A stretch of 63,348 bases of DNA, counting the filler, from Octopus bimaculoides (lineage: Eukaryota): assembly GCF_001194135.2 (NCBI RefSeq). It is 6 parts of 6 records of this genome, joined end to end, with 100 filler letters (N's around TTAATTAATTAA, not from the genome) between each part and the next. Parts side by side here need not be neighbours in the genome. Positions count along the whole stretch, not along the records: positions 1 to 20,046 come from NC_068991.1; 5 more parts are not named here. One strand, given 5' to 3'. Positions within the stretch are counted from its first letter, which is position 1. Every line of letters starts with the position of its first letter. Below, one piece after another: positions 1 to 13,179 of the stretch. The notes below the pieces were generated by a model. It was not told the origin of the DNA. It saw nothing but the letters and a program-made list of their open reading frames with translations, and did no database searches. The position numbers and the translations under genes are program-made.

Positions 1-76
<76 letters not shown>

Positions 77-86
77 GTGGATAGAT
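1..86. repeat. (ATAG)n microsatellite
   Basis: Direct tetranucleotide run. Many other simple repeats occur, e.g. (GA)n 2402-2482, (CA)n 3856-3907, (TATG)n 4461-4530, (CA)n 62929-63045. Confidence 0.98.
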
Positions 87-2394
87 AGATAACCAGAAAA
101 ATAAAAAAATAAATAGACAGATAGATATAGGAACAGATATATATATGTATGTGAGAAAAACACACATACATGCACGCGCACATACACGCACGCACACACA
201 CCTACACATTTCACATTTTTAGCAAATAATAATTTCTCTCTTTGTTTTTCCAGTAATTTTTTTTTGCTTTTATCTGCACAGAATCTTGTTTGCTAATGAA
301 TCTCACTCCACTATAGGTTTTACTTCACATATTTTTCTTCTGTTATGAATCTCATCCTTCATATGATTATTATTTATTCATTTATTATTTATTTAACATT
401 TTCCATTCAGTATTTACAAACATTTTTCTTTATTTTCTTTCAGTCTTTCATTCATATTTTGTCGTTCTCTATTCTTGCTTTTGTTTTCTATTCTTAACTG
501 TCTTTTTAAACTACAGATTCATCTCTTATTTCTCTCCCCCCCCCCCCCCCACCAACACACGTCATCTTCTCAAACTGATCTCAACTCATCTCATGGATTA
601 GAAATAATGTCATCATTTGCCAGGATATTAATATTAATCCAGAGCTGCCTTTAAGTTTTTTCATTTTCTTTATATTTCGGAATTACAGCAGATTTTTCAG
701 TTTTTTCTTAAGAGGAATAATTTCTTAATAAAGCATTCTGTTCGAAACTGTAAATATTTCTGCTTCTTCACAACACATTGACAGACATCATTTTCCCTTC
801 AGTTGCATAGATGCCTACCAACACCGCTCGTTTCTCTCGTAGAATTAACATAAAATTACATTGCCGCAGTTTACAGAAGTGTATACAATAAAGTCTACCA
901 ACCCTCTCCTACAATATATGCGCACCATCAATTTTAATTCCTCACAAAATATATACAAGGATAAATAAAAACGAAATATATTCTCTGTAATTTTGGATCA
1001 ATGGAATTTCCTAACCAGTAAATAATACACTATCATGTAGTATGCGATGTAGTGTACGTTTTTTTATTCATAACGCTACAACTCGTGGTCCACAGATTTG
1101 CTGCCTCTTTCCACTATCATTTCTTGTCATTTGTATGTCGGCTGCAACAACCTCTCTCTGATTCTCTGGATCGCGAGCTGCATACCACATCTATCCAATA
1201 TCACCGAATTGCCCCATTCAATCATCTCTACTCGTTGCGTAATCCTCATTGAAACTGATGAGGGAATTTCGCCAAGCACCCTATCATCCTGAGTCAGATA
1301 AACCCTTTGTCCTAGCAGTCCACTACAAAGCTAAATCCCCCTTAATTTCGCCTCGCGCAAACGTTTTTCCGGCAGAATTCAGTTTTCAAAAGTTTGCGTC
1401 CACGGCAACAGTACTAATAACTTGAAATCTATTAGCTATATTTTGTTAGATCTTTTGTAACATTTGCACTTTCATGTGTCTCTTTCTGGATTTCCTTTAT
1501 GACTGCATGTAAGTAATTACCTGCATTTTCTGTTAGGTTCCTGTGTGCCAATCTTTGTCTAGTTCATTGGTTACACTGCCATTCTCAAGGTATATGTTAA
1601 CCGTCGTGGTTAGTTATTTTTCAGACAGTGGCTTTCACACATTTATCTACTTAGAAATCCCTTTGATAATATCGCTGAATGCTTTGACAATGGTGAGTTG
1701 GCAAATGTCGTGAGGTCGTTAATGTATTACTGGTTAGTCATTTTCCTTTTCTGTGTGTAGTACTTGCAACTCGTAACTGTTAGGTAGACTAGTAAGTGCT
1801 GACACTGTTTCTGATGACAACAGGTGATAATTAGACCTCATGAAAGATCCTGCTTCTTAAGTTGATCACTTTAGATGTTACTGATCGACCTTACACGGAG
1901 TAGATTCAGAGCGGTCTTTCAAATTTTCGTGTTCCCTGTGCTAATGGCGATGGTCGCTGGGCAGATTCTGTAGAGCTCGGAGCTCTTTTGTCATCCAGGA
2001 GTGTGGGACACTGGCAAATGACTTATTGTGGTTGATCCTTACTTATAACATGTTCATTTTCTTTGATTTGGCCTCTTACAAAATAGTGTTATTCACGAGT
2101 TGCTAATCCTTGCACCCATAACTACTTTCTCAAACCCCTTCTGTTTTTATGGTAGCAGAAAGTTATACGCCCTCTTGATAATGATGTTGCATTTGAGTGG
2201 TAAACAGGTAATGAGTGTGTAACCCTCCTCCACATCTTCCCTCTCCTCCTCCTCCTCCTCCTCCTCCTCCCCCTTCTCCTTTTCCTTCTTCTTTTGCTAT
2301 TTTTGTTTCTATCTGAGTTGTTGCATTCTAGTAGCTTTACAATTATTTCTTAAAGTACAATCACTATGTTGACAGTTTATCAGTGGTCAATATA

Positions 2395-2485
<91 letters not shown>

Positions 2486-3851
2486 TGAAATATTCTAAAA
2501 CGTAATTTCATGTTTTTCGTTATTGATCTTCGGACGATTAATCTGAGCGAAAGGAAATGACCCTTAAAAACGTTCGGTGTTATCGAATGTAATTTCTGTT
2601 AATACCGTCCAAATCTGCTATTGTTTCTCGGTAAACGAATTCTTCAGAGAGGCAGGATACTCTAAGAACACTTGCATTGATTTTGAGAGTTACACTTTGG
2701 CGTTTAAGAGAACTTGTTTGATGGGTCTTCGCGATTGTTATTTGATCTCGCAGGTGCTGTTGTAATCTCAAAATTGCGTGAGTTCTGGAATTTATTATAT
2801 TTTTTATTTGTGAAAGAAAATTCCAAGAAAATTCTAGTTATGTTCTTGATGACTTTTCGGTTGGGTGGCGGATTTAACCAGATAACCTTTCATTCACGTG
2901 ACAAAACTTAATAAGCAAGAACTAATCTTACAAGTGCTCTATAAGCATTAACCACAATATTGCTTGGCTGATCAAATGCCCATACCTCGAATATGCGATG
3001 TAGCGCCACGAATAACAATGGCAATGAGCTATATAACTAACTGCTTTTCAAACAATAATATCTATGCATTGAGTGCTCCTTTTCTTTTGTCTATATGTAT
3101 GAATATATGTATGTATTTATGTGTGTGTATTTGAGTGTGTGTATTTGAGTGTGTGTGTATATATGCATCTATGAGTGAGTGTGTTTGTAAATAAACACGC
3201 ACGTACACACACACACACACATTTATACATATATACACAACGCGCGCACAAATATAACCACCGACTCACACATACATGCACGCAAATATATTACTATCAG
3301 AAATAATGTACGCCATATATAATCTATCATCAGATAATTATTTTCCCGTTGAGTTAAGTATTGTTATTTGTATTGTTTTTTTTTGTTGTTATTGTTACTT
3401 TTTTGGTTTATTTTGGTTTGGTGTTGGAGTTGGTGTTAGTTTTATGTTTATTCTTAGTGCTTTAAACTTTCTCTTGTATATCGCATGCGAAATTTTTAGC
3501 TTATTAAATTACATCAACGATCTAAGCAGATTAATCTCAAACACCGCAATAGAAATAGTCTAGAAATTTGGATGAAAGCGGTAAAAATAAACGCACCCAC
3601 GCTCACAAACACATATACAAACGCAGAAGACCTAGACGTACACACTCGGGCACATACAGTCAACGCGTACACAAATACTCACACACGAACTGCCATATCC
3701 TTATAGACCTTCTCCTTCTCCTTTTCATGCGTGCACACACATAGTATATAAACATATATGTGCGTGTGAGTGAAAATATATAAAGAAAACAGATATGCAA
3801 ATTTTGTTCATTTCTTGAAATTCGCACACAGGATCTTACGCAAACACATGT

Positions 3852-3907
<56 letters not shown>

Positions 3908-4458
3908 NNNNNNNNNNNNNNNNNNNNNNNNNNNNNNNNNNNNNNNNNNNNNNNNNNNNNNNNNNNNNNNNNNNNNNNNNNNNNNNNNNNNNNNNNNNNN
4001 NNNNNNNNNNNNNNNNNNNNNNNNNNNNNNNNNNNNNNNNNNNNNNNNNNNNNNNNNNNNNNNNNNNNNNNNNNNNNNNNNNNNNNNNNNNNNNNNNNNN
4101 NNNNNNNNNNNNNNNNNNNNNNNNNNNNNNNNNNNNNNNNNNNNNNNNNNNNNNNNNNNNNNNNNNNNNNNNNNNNNNNNNNNNNNNNNNNNNNNNNNNN
4201 NNNNNNNNNNNNNNNNNNNNNNNNNNNNNNNNNNNNNNNNNNNNNNNNNNNNNNNNNNNNNNNNNNNNNNNNNNNNNNNNNNNNNNNNNNNNNNNNNNNN
4301 NNNNNNNNNNNNNNNNNNNNNNAAACAATAAAGCTGGGATGTATTAATTTCTTTTATGAATTTTCCTGATTTGTTTTTTTTGTCTTGTTTTTACAATAAA
4401 ATTACCATTTTATTGAATCGTATCAAGATATATTTGTTTGAATGTCTTTTTTATCTAC

Positions 4459-4489
<31 letters not shown>

Positions 4490-6129
4490 TGTATGTATGT
4501 ATGTATGAATGTATGTATGAATGTATGTATTATGTAAGTGTGTATGTATTCATGCATTTGTGTTTGTAGAAATGTATGTATTTACCTACGTGTCGCAGCG
4601 CATTGGCGAAATTGTTCGAGCATCGGGAAAATTATCTTGCGTTTCAAATCCCTTGGATGCGAACTTTACTTTTTGTTCTTTAGATTCAGAGAAACGAAAA
4701 ACCAATCTGCTTTGGCTGAATTGCTGGAATTATTTGAGTGTTGGGTAAAAAATATTGCGATGTATGCTCCGACTCTTTAAGTCCTAAATTCCTTGACAGA
4801 TATAGCGAACTTTAATGCATCTACTCAACTGTGGGTCAAATGGATCGAAACCCTATTCCAACATACAATGCTTCAGGCAGTTCGCTGTAACCAACACTTG
4901 GTACTTATTTTCCTGAAAAATCATTATTACTACTGGCGCTGTTATTTGATTGTCATAATGATTACGATGCGCACTCTTCTTCTATCTCTACTATCTCTAC
5001 TCTGTCTATCTCTATCCCTCTCTTGTTCTTCATCCTTTCTGTTTTTCTCTTCCACGCTTTCCCTATTCTTCTCCTCTCCCCTTCACCGTTCCCCCGCTCT
5101 CTCTCTCTTCCCCCTTGACTCTCTCGTCGCTGACACGTGACAAAAGGGGATCTATCTTTCTATCCATTTCCTTCCTAAAGAAAAGATGTGCCTTGCTCGT
5201 CTCCTCTCATATCTCGTCCTCCTTGCGTTCATAATAATTCTTCCATCATCTTGGCTCAACAGCCCTCACCGTTTGTTTCTACTGTCTTGTTCTCACTGTC
5301 CTTTTCTTATTAACACTTTCACCTTACGCAAAAAATCCCAAATTTTATTTAATTTGCTTTGCGTGAAAGACTGTTTCAACGAAGTCGCGTTAATTCCTTA
5401 CTTTCGAAATGCGGAGTAGATGAAACAGGGACAACTGAAGGAGGATTTTTTNNNNNNNNNNNNNNNNNNNNNNNNNNNNNNNNNNNNNNNNNNNNNNNNN
5501 NNNNNNNNNNNNNNNNNNNNNNNNNNNNNNNNNNNNNNNNNNNNNNNNNNNNNNNNNNNNNNNNNNNNNNNNNNNNNNNNNNNNNNNNNNNNNNNNNNNN
5601 NNNNNNNNNNNNNNNNNNNNNNNNNNNNNNNNNNNNNNNNNNNNNNNNNNNNNNNNNNNNNNNNNNNNNNNNNNNNNNNNNNNNNNNNNNNNNNNNNNNN
5701 NNNNNNNNNNNNNNNNNNNNNNNNNNNNNNNNNNNNNNNNNNNNNNNNNNNNNNNNNNNNNNNNNNNNNNNNNNNNNNNNNNNNNNNNNNNNNNNNNNNN
5801 NNNNNNNNNNNNNNNNNNNNNNNNNNNNNNNNNNNNNNNNNNNNNNNNNNNNNNNNNNNNNNNNNNNNNNNNNNNNNNNNNNNNNNNNNNNNNNNNNNNN
5901 NNNNNNNNNNNNNNNNNNNNNNNNNNNNNNNNNNNNNNNNNNNNNNNNNNNNNNNNNNNNNNNNNNNNNNNNNNNNNNNNNTATATATATATATATTTAT
6001 ATATATATATATATATATAATTATAATCAAGGATAAAATCTATATAGGATTTTATCAAGTAGTTAGCTTGTGATAAACTAATTTAGGTAAAAGAAAAAAT
6101 TAATATGGAATATTTAATTTTGTAAATAT

Positions 6130-6652
6130 AACTGTAAGGGTAGCTCCACAAGCTAGAAGTAGACGTCAAATTTGCTCTAAAACTACCTTATTATCACATA
6201 AACACGGGATGAATGTGAGGGAAATGAACAAAAAAGACTTTTTTTTAAAGATTTAGCTATAGATCGATTTCTGCATTAGGGATGAAATACCCTTTACCGT
6301 CTTCAGTATGACATAAGTGAAAGTATATAATTATAAATAGTTATACATACCATACAAACACAAAGCATCCACAGTGCATTTACAAATGTTTACACTTATA
6401 TACAAGATAAATCTAGTGCATTCATCTGAGATGAGATGTATATGGTATGTACAAACGTTAATAATTATGTACTTTGAGTTATGTCAAACTGAAAACTGTA
6501 AAAGGTATTACATCGTTAAACCAGAAATCGATCTATGGCTAAATCTTTAAAAAAAAATCTTGTTGTTCATTTCCTTCGCTTTCAGCCCGTGTATATGCGA
6601 TACGTAAGGTCATTTTAGGTCTACTTCCGGCATGTGGAGCTACTCAATAGTT
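6130..6652. mobile_element. MITE/foldback element with ~135-bp terminal inverted repeats
   Basis: 6130-6273 aligns to the reverse complement of 6522-6652 (shared GTAGCTCCAC, GAAGTAGAC, ACACGGG, GGAAATGAACAA, TTTAAAGATTTAGC.ATAGATCGATTTCTG). Spacer ~250 bp, no ORF. Confidence 0.8.
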
Positions 6653-7632
6653 GCCTTTATTATAATTATATATATACATATATATACATACACATACACA
6701 CACATACATATATACATACAAGTACATTATATAGTTATACATGCACATACATTTTATATATANNNNNNNNNNNNNNNNNNNNNNNNNNNNNNNNNNNNNN
6801 NNNNNNNNNNNNNNNNNNNNNNNNNNNNNNNNNNNNNNNNNNNNNNNNNNNNNNNNNNNNNNNNNNNNNNNNNNNNNNNNNNNNNNNNNNNNNNNNNNNN
6901 NNNNNNNNNNNNNNNNNNNNNNNNNNNNNNNNNNNNNNNNNNNNNNNNNNNNNNNNNNNNNNNNNNNNNNNNNNNNNNNNNNNNNNNNNNNNNNNNNNNN
7001 NNNNNNNNNNNNNNNNNNNNNNNNNNNNNNNNNNNNNNNNNNNNNNNNNNNNNNNNNNNNNNNNNNNNNNNNNNNNNNNNNNNNNNNNNNNNNNNNNNNN
7101 NNNNNNNNNNNNNNNNNNNNNNNNNNNNNNNNNNNNNNNNNNNNNNNNNNNNNNNNNNNNNNNNNNNNNNNNNNNNNNNNNNNNNNNNNNNNNNNNNNNN
7201 NNNNNNNNNNNNNNNNNNNNNNNNNNNNNNNNNNNNNNNNNNNNNNNNNNNNNNNNNNNNNNNNNNNNNNNNNNNNNNNNNNNNNNNNNNNNNNNNNNNN
7301 NNTTTTGCGCTGCCTTGATTATACATAGCAGGGTAATCCCTTTTCCCAGGAGGTAGGACGGCAATTTCTGATGAAGCAATTGCTGGCTATCTATTCCTAC
7401 ACAGTTCTGCCAAAATTCTATCAGATTGGGCAGTAGATGTTGATACACCATTTTGCATTATGTTCAAAGTAGCTTCTGGAACGTGGTGAATTGCTGCAGT
7501 CAGTTGATGCTTTTTTAAATCGGTTGCTTTCTTTCCTCAGCAAGCTCTCTTCTTTGGAGGCATAATCTATGTACATATTAAACAGAACAACAAAAGTTAT
7601 AACAAATGGCAGGGTCGGTAGTTTTCACATTT

Positions 7633-7852
7633 CGTTAATTTTGCAGATTAACACCCGTACGATTACATAACCCTAACCCTAAACCCTAACCCTAAATCCT
7701 AACCCTAAAACCGTAACCGTAACACTAACGCTAATCGTAACCCTAACTCAAACCCTAACCCTAGCCGTACCCTAAAACCCTAACCCTGATCCTAAAACCG
7801 TAACCCTAACACCCTAGTGAAAATCGTGCGGCTGTTAATCTAAAAGATTACC
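7633..7852. repeat. Degenerate (TAACCC)n telomere-like tract bounded by ~31-bp inverted repeats
   Basis: TAACCC/TAAACCC/TAACCG variants at 7668-7815. GATTAACACCCGTACGATT (7646-7664) pairs with AATCGTGCGGCTGTTAATC (7822-7840) with 2 mismatches. Confidence 0.8.
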
Positions 7853-8281
7853 CATATTTGTAATGAAGTTCACTGATTTGCAATGTGTTGTCTATAAGCT
7901 CCGTAGTTTGTATATTTACAAAACATTGACGAACATGAGTTATATTGTAGTGAATGCTTGTGTGTACGTGCGCCTGTATGGTTTGGGAAAGCGAGAGAGA
8001 AGAGGGAGAGAGGAAAAGAGAGAGAGGGGGAGAAAGGAATAGAGAACGGGAGCAATGAAGAGAGAGAAGGAGAGGAAGGGAGAACGGAAGACAGTTATAT
8101 AATAGCAATGCGTGCGCGTGTTTATAGTCATTTAGGTAAAAATATAGGTAATAAAAATATAGGTAAGAATATGGGTAATAAGTGCAACACTAGCAAATAT
8201 AACAATCGCTGTAACAACAATAAGATTAGTATCTCGGAATCTAATTCAAATAGAATTAAGTTTTTAAGTCCGAATGCCAGG

Positions 8282-8653
8282 ACCAAAAATGTGGTTTATC
8301 AATGTAAGGTAATGACTAATACAGACGTCTCGTGTTATGTAGGTAGTTACTCGACGGAGGTCTCCAGGGGAATTTTCAACCATTATTCTTCTTTTAGGGA
8401 TAGGAATAAAGTTAATAGTACTGGTCTAAGTAAATTAATCTGGAAACTTAAAGATTGTAATAAACAACTCTCTTTGGAATGGTCAATACTGACTACCTCG
8501 ATACCCTACGACAAAGGTAAGGATTTTTGTCCTCTTTGTAACTTGGAACTTTTCCACATTCTGTTCTCCAAGAATTATCTAGTAAACCAGATTACACAGA
8601 GAGCATATCGATGCCAGCATTGGCGGAAACACTCCTTCAGTTCTTATCGTTAG
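8282..8653 (+). pseudogene. GIY-YIG endonuclease domain of a Penelope-like element (no RT upstream)
   Basis: KNVVYQCKV...YVG...NHYSSF...TGLSKLIWKLK...W.IL...PY...CPLCNLE...LVN...RCQH matches the VVY-YIG, Cys/His and catalytic E/N pattern of PLE endonucleases. The upstream part of ORF 7958-8653 is purine-repeat artefact. Confidence 0.85.
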
Positions 8654-9470
8654 TTTCATCCTTCTTACTTATTTTAGATATTATTATTATTATTTTTTTT
8701 TTTTTTTTCATCATGACATTCTCTCTAGTGGACGTCCGCCTTATAAGTGGTATGTACAATCACCCAGCTTAGTGTTTACCTTTTACCTTGGGAATAACAA
8801 TAATAGTAATTATCTTTATTTTTAATTTAATTTTTTTATATATTTATTATAACAATAACAGGAATAGTATCATTAAAATATTATCTTAAATAATAATTAC
8901 ATCAGACTCCAACGCCAGTTGTTTTTACCTTTCCCCTTCCTTGGTTGGTTCAGCAAATCTTTCCCAGTAAATCTGTATTCGCTGGGTAACTTCACATACA
9001 TTTTTTCGATCTTTTTCTCGTGAGCATGTTTATTATTTTTATTATTTCATCACATGATAATTTTGCACATTACATCACCATTTATTTAGGTTAATAACCG
9101 TATGTTAATATGATATAATACTATGGGTGTTTAATTTTATTTATTATATTTAGATTCTCCGCCTCGTTTTACCTCAGTTTGTTTACATAAGGATTTATAA
9201 AATATATATAATAATTCATTTGACTCTCTCTCTTCCTCCTTTTCTGGTTTTTAATTTGGCCTTTTTTGAACTTTAGATTTCTGGATTTAACTCCGATCCA
9301 TTTTCCCTTCCTATAATTTAAATTTTTAGTATAGCATTCATAGCATCTCTCCCTTAATAGCTCCCTGTAAACCAGCGTTCTTGCTTCTAACGGTCATTTA
9401 CTTAACTATATAATGTTATAACACGTACGCAACCTTAGCATTTAGCACTTGTCTTGCTTGTTGTATGTTG

Positions 9471-9559
9471 GTTCCCTGACGATGAATATATGTGCAATTC
9501 CAGCACCTCTTACTTCTTTGGAGTAGAATGCACATATATTTTGAAACATATGTAGGAAT
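9471..9559 (+). ncRNA. Type I hammerhead ribozyme, extended stem II, palindromic minimal stem III
   Basis: Stem I GTTCC (9471-75)/GGAAT (9555-59). CTGACGA 9476-82. Stem II AATATATGTGCA-A-TTC/GAATGCACATATATT. GAAA 9543-46. Palindrome ACATATGT 9546-53. GUA site with cleavage after 9554. Confidence 0.8.
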
Positions 9560-9859
9560 TAAAGGAACTTATTGATTATATGTGTTTTGCTCCATTTATT
9601 ATTATTCTTCATATCTAATCAAAATACATCACTTTAACTTGGTATTTCTACCTATTAAACGGGTATGATATCCCAGTTTTTGTGTTTTTTGCTACCCTGG
9701 TAACTATTAACATATTCTCATTATTGAAGTTTTTTCAACCGAGATAATATTAATATATATATATATGTGTGTGTGTGTGTGAGTGTGTGTGTGGCTGGGA
9801 CGCAAGCCTCTTACCACGCACCCACTCTTGCGCCTATATATATATATGTATACACACAT

Positions 9860-9891
<32 letters not shown>

Positions 9892-9901
9892 NNNNNNNNN
9901 N

Positions 9902-9938
<37 letters not shown>

Positions 9939-11188
9939 GATATTAGTCATTCGTGAATATGTAAGTTAATGTGTGCACATATAAGGGTGTATGTATGGAT
10001 GTATTGGTATTTATGTTACAGCAATAGAATATTTCTTTATTACATAGTTTTTATTCGGAAGATCTCTTCTGCAGTGCGGTCGCCTTATTTCGAGTTTCTG
10101 TTATTTATTTATCTTTAGTACGGGCGTGTGCGTGATTAAATTGTTATATATATATGATGTGCATACATATATGTGATTGTATGCATAAGTTCACACTCAC
10201 AAGGAGAATATTTAGATTGTTTTACAAATTTGCGCGGCAACACAAAGTAACTGGTTTTGGAGGGAATATCCTTTTCTTTCTTGGAAAACACTTTCTTTGC
10301 GTTTTATGAAATCTCTTGCAGCATAGCTCAGTGTACAGACAAAGTTAAGTAAATGTAGCTATGTATAGCCATAGCACAAGAATGAAAAGACCATATCTTG
10401 TCAACGGTGTTACGGTCAGAATAGTGCAGAACATTCTTATTCTCGGTAGACACACCAATGCTAACCGCCACAATATGCGATACGTTCTGGACAAGATGGA
10501 GATTCCGTGGAGTTCTAACATGAATCAATCTAGATGCTTTGATAAGTTCCACCATCATTACTTGGTGTTAATCCTCTTTACAGTTGGCTTTTGTTGCTTT
10601 AAGAAATTTAGAGTGATTGATAGACTACATAACTTCACCGAGGAGGGCATGAAATTTTAGCGGGAATTATTAACATGTGGTCATAAGTTTCGTAAAGATT
10701 AAAAGAAATATTTTCCAGAAATCAATATCTCGATTACTGTGTGCTATTTTTGTTGCCTTTGCCGGAAGCAGGAAACCAAAACTAATGAATAAATTCTCAT
10801 CTGATTATTATAGATATTCTCAACCATTATTTCTAAAATGAAAAGCTGGTTAATTTGATACAATCTGTTAGTATTTTAAACATTCTTTCAGCGTGAACTC
10901 CATTGTTCTTTGTAAATAATTTGTGAAGTATATTGGCATACAAGATATCTCCCAACGAAGTTGGATACATGAAATTCATTATGTAGCGTCGAGAGAGTGT
11001 ATATATTGTAATATATATATCGTATATACAAATATAAAAATGTCGTGGCAAAACCTGATGTAGCTAATGATCCAGGACCTGGTTATTACAGAACCTATGA
11101 CGCTCTGCCGAGAGATTAGCGGATAACTCTCATATCTATTCCTCCACAGAAACACACGCACACACACATATATATATGTGCGTGTGTG

Positions 11189-11226
<38 letters not shown>

Positions 11227-12099
11227 TTCTGTATAATGAATTTTCTGTGATGGTAAGTTACTTCCTTTCTTTCGCAGATGTACACTTTTTGTTGCAATCA
11301 AAACTTCCACCAGTTTTAGAATATAGTGTTAGAGACAATTTTCTTTTTTCTACAAATCTGTGTGCTCAGCTAAATTTTATAACACAGTAGTTTCAGACGC
11401 TATTTCTCTTATTTTATTACATAATGTCTTTTATGTATTAGTTTGTGATAACTTTTAAGTTTACGCTGAATAAGATGTCAGCTGCAATCAGCCTGTATAA
11501 AACAAAATATGCTCATTGTCAGTTACCCTTTCAACACCGTTCTCAGTCAGTTATCGCATGTATTTTCGGGATGATGTTAACTTGTTCTTGGTGGGCAAAT
11601 ACTGTTTAGCACAATAAGATACTCCAGCCTTAGGTACCGATTATAAACTTTAGAACAAGTGTTCGAGTAGTGTTATTATTACCTGTTTTGTATATTGTTT
11701 ATCATTGTTATTCACTAAATAATAACATTATATTAAATGTGTTATTGACTGAGCGCGCTGGTTTTGTCTCAACGGTTTTGTCTGTTTGTAATATTTTTTC
11801 ATAGCAGTATCATTTTTTGGCTGTACGAGAACCGGCATGTTAGAGAATAGACCCAACAATTCCTCTGCATGTCGTAAAAGACAACTAAAAGAAGTTGAGA
11901 TAGAAATTGTATTGAAGTTTCTTAAAAATCTTCATCAACAACAACTACCCAAAACAAACCCATGGGTTGTCGGGTTGTTGGCTGAGTAAATGCAAGCGTG
12001 TCATCCAGCAGGAGTTGGGAATCGCTAACAAATGGTGGATACAGTGACGCGCTGTTACAGGTGCATGACCCCATATTACAAACAGTATTATCTCTGCTT

Positions 12100-12740
12100 G
12101 TAACTTTTTGTACGATTTCTTTAAAGAGATTGACTTAATCCCCTTTTTTTTTTATATACTGCTGGAACTGATTTCGTTTCAAATTCTCTTTCTCAACATC
12201 TCTACTTCCCTATTTTTCAAATATGATAATTTCTGAAATTCATTGAGAGGAGTATTTTGTCATCTCAATCCATTGACATATCTGTCAAGAGATTTATTAT
12301 CTCTGTTGGTTATTGCAAATAATGCTCGAATAGTATGTAATTGACATTCCACCACTGTCAGCCGACATGCCATATTATACGACTAATGTGGCAGCAGCAG
12401 AAAATGTTTGTTCAGGGTTGAAGTGTATCGTGATTTTCTGCAGAATTTTTTAGTTTAAATCATTAATTGTGATATCAGCATACGTATTCAGTTTTGAAAA
12501 GGATTTCGCCATCAGAATCAATATTATTGATTGTTTCGACTCAATCACTGCGTATTTTTGCAGCTGCTTCGTTATCTGTTTTGGGGTTGTTTATCTTAGG
12601 AAGGTTGCTTATCTTTCATGATGAGCATCTATCAAAAGTACCTTCCTATTCAAAGCTAAGCCCTATGTTCCTAAGTTTCTGGAGACCACTACGCAGTGAT
12701 TTCTCGATCTCCTTTGCAAAACAGAATAATAAGAATCGCT
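12100..12740 (-). mobile_element. Possible highly decayed non-LTR retrotransposon fragment (R4/Dong-like N-terminal region)
   Basis: Broken minus-strand peptides NLPKIN..., ITINDLN...FSAAATLV, QWW and FETK...Y loosely recall R4/Dong ORFs. Many stops. Confidence 0.25.
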
Positions 12741-12886
12741 TAAATCACAAGTAATTTAGCAAAATAAATACACCGGTAAGAGATAGGCAAATATGAACCT
12801 ATCGTTTTTATCACAGCAATTGCTGGCTTAAACCGACATAATAATAATATGGTATGCATTTTATTTAATACGGCAAATAAGAACTT

Positions 12887-12888
<2 letters not shown>

Positions 12889-12953
<65 letters not shown>

Positions 12954-12995
12954 GAAGAAGAAGAAGAAGAAGAAGAAGAACTTTGAATAATAATA
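12889..12995. repeat. Compound (AAT)n-(AAG)n microsatellite with similar flanks
   Basis: Direct. AAGAACTTTGAATAATAAT occurs both before the AAT run and after the AAG run. Confidence 0.95.
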
Positions 12996-13179
12996 ATAAT
13001 AGTATGAGGAGAAACATGTTTGTGAGTTATTAATATCACGTCCTGGAGGGATGAATAAAATGACAGAATTTCATCATATCTACACAAAACTGTTTGATTA
13101 AATATTCTTCTTTTCCCTTTTCTTTTTCTTTTCTTTTTCCTCTTTCTTTTCCTTTTTGCCAATTGTAAACTTGAAAATT

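Larger units (their letters stand above)
8200..9745 (+). mobile_element. 5'-truncated Penelope-like retroelement (GIY-YIG C-terminus, 3' region, hammerhead)
   Basis: GIY-YIG-type ORF end at 8282-8653, hammerhead motif at 9471-9559, and the element ends at a (TA)n tract. Boundaries approximate. Confidence 0.8.

Noticed and set aside
1244-1300. CTGATGAG resembling a hammerhead core
   Set aside because: No following stem II plus GAAA. The motif is simply part of a small CCTCAT/ATGAGG hairpin.
1811-1860. CTGATGA...GAAA spacing
   Set aside because: Stem II is discontinuous and there is no stem I partner.
1250-2200. Possible decayed LINE endonuclease region on the minus strand (VICQCPT, ANRFQV)
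   Set aside because: Only two or three weak motif echoes amid many stops; cannot be supported without a profile search.
7668-7815. True telomere or chromosome fusion site
   Set aside because: Short, degenerate, single orientation, and enclosed by inverted repeats.
10328-10660. Overlapping ORFs in non-repetitive sequence
   Set aside because: No recognisable domain and no consistent pair of splice sites.
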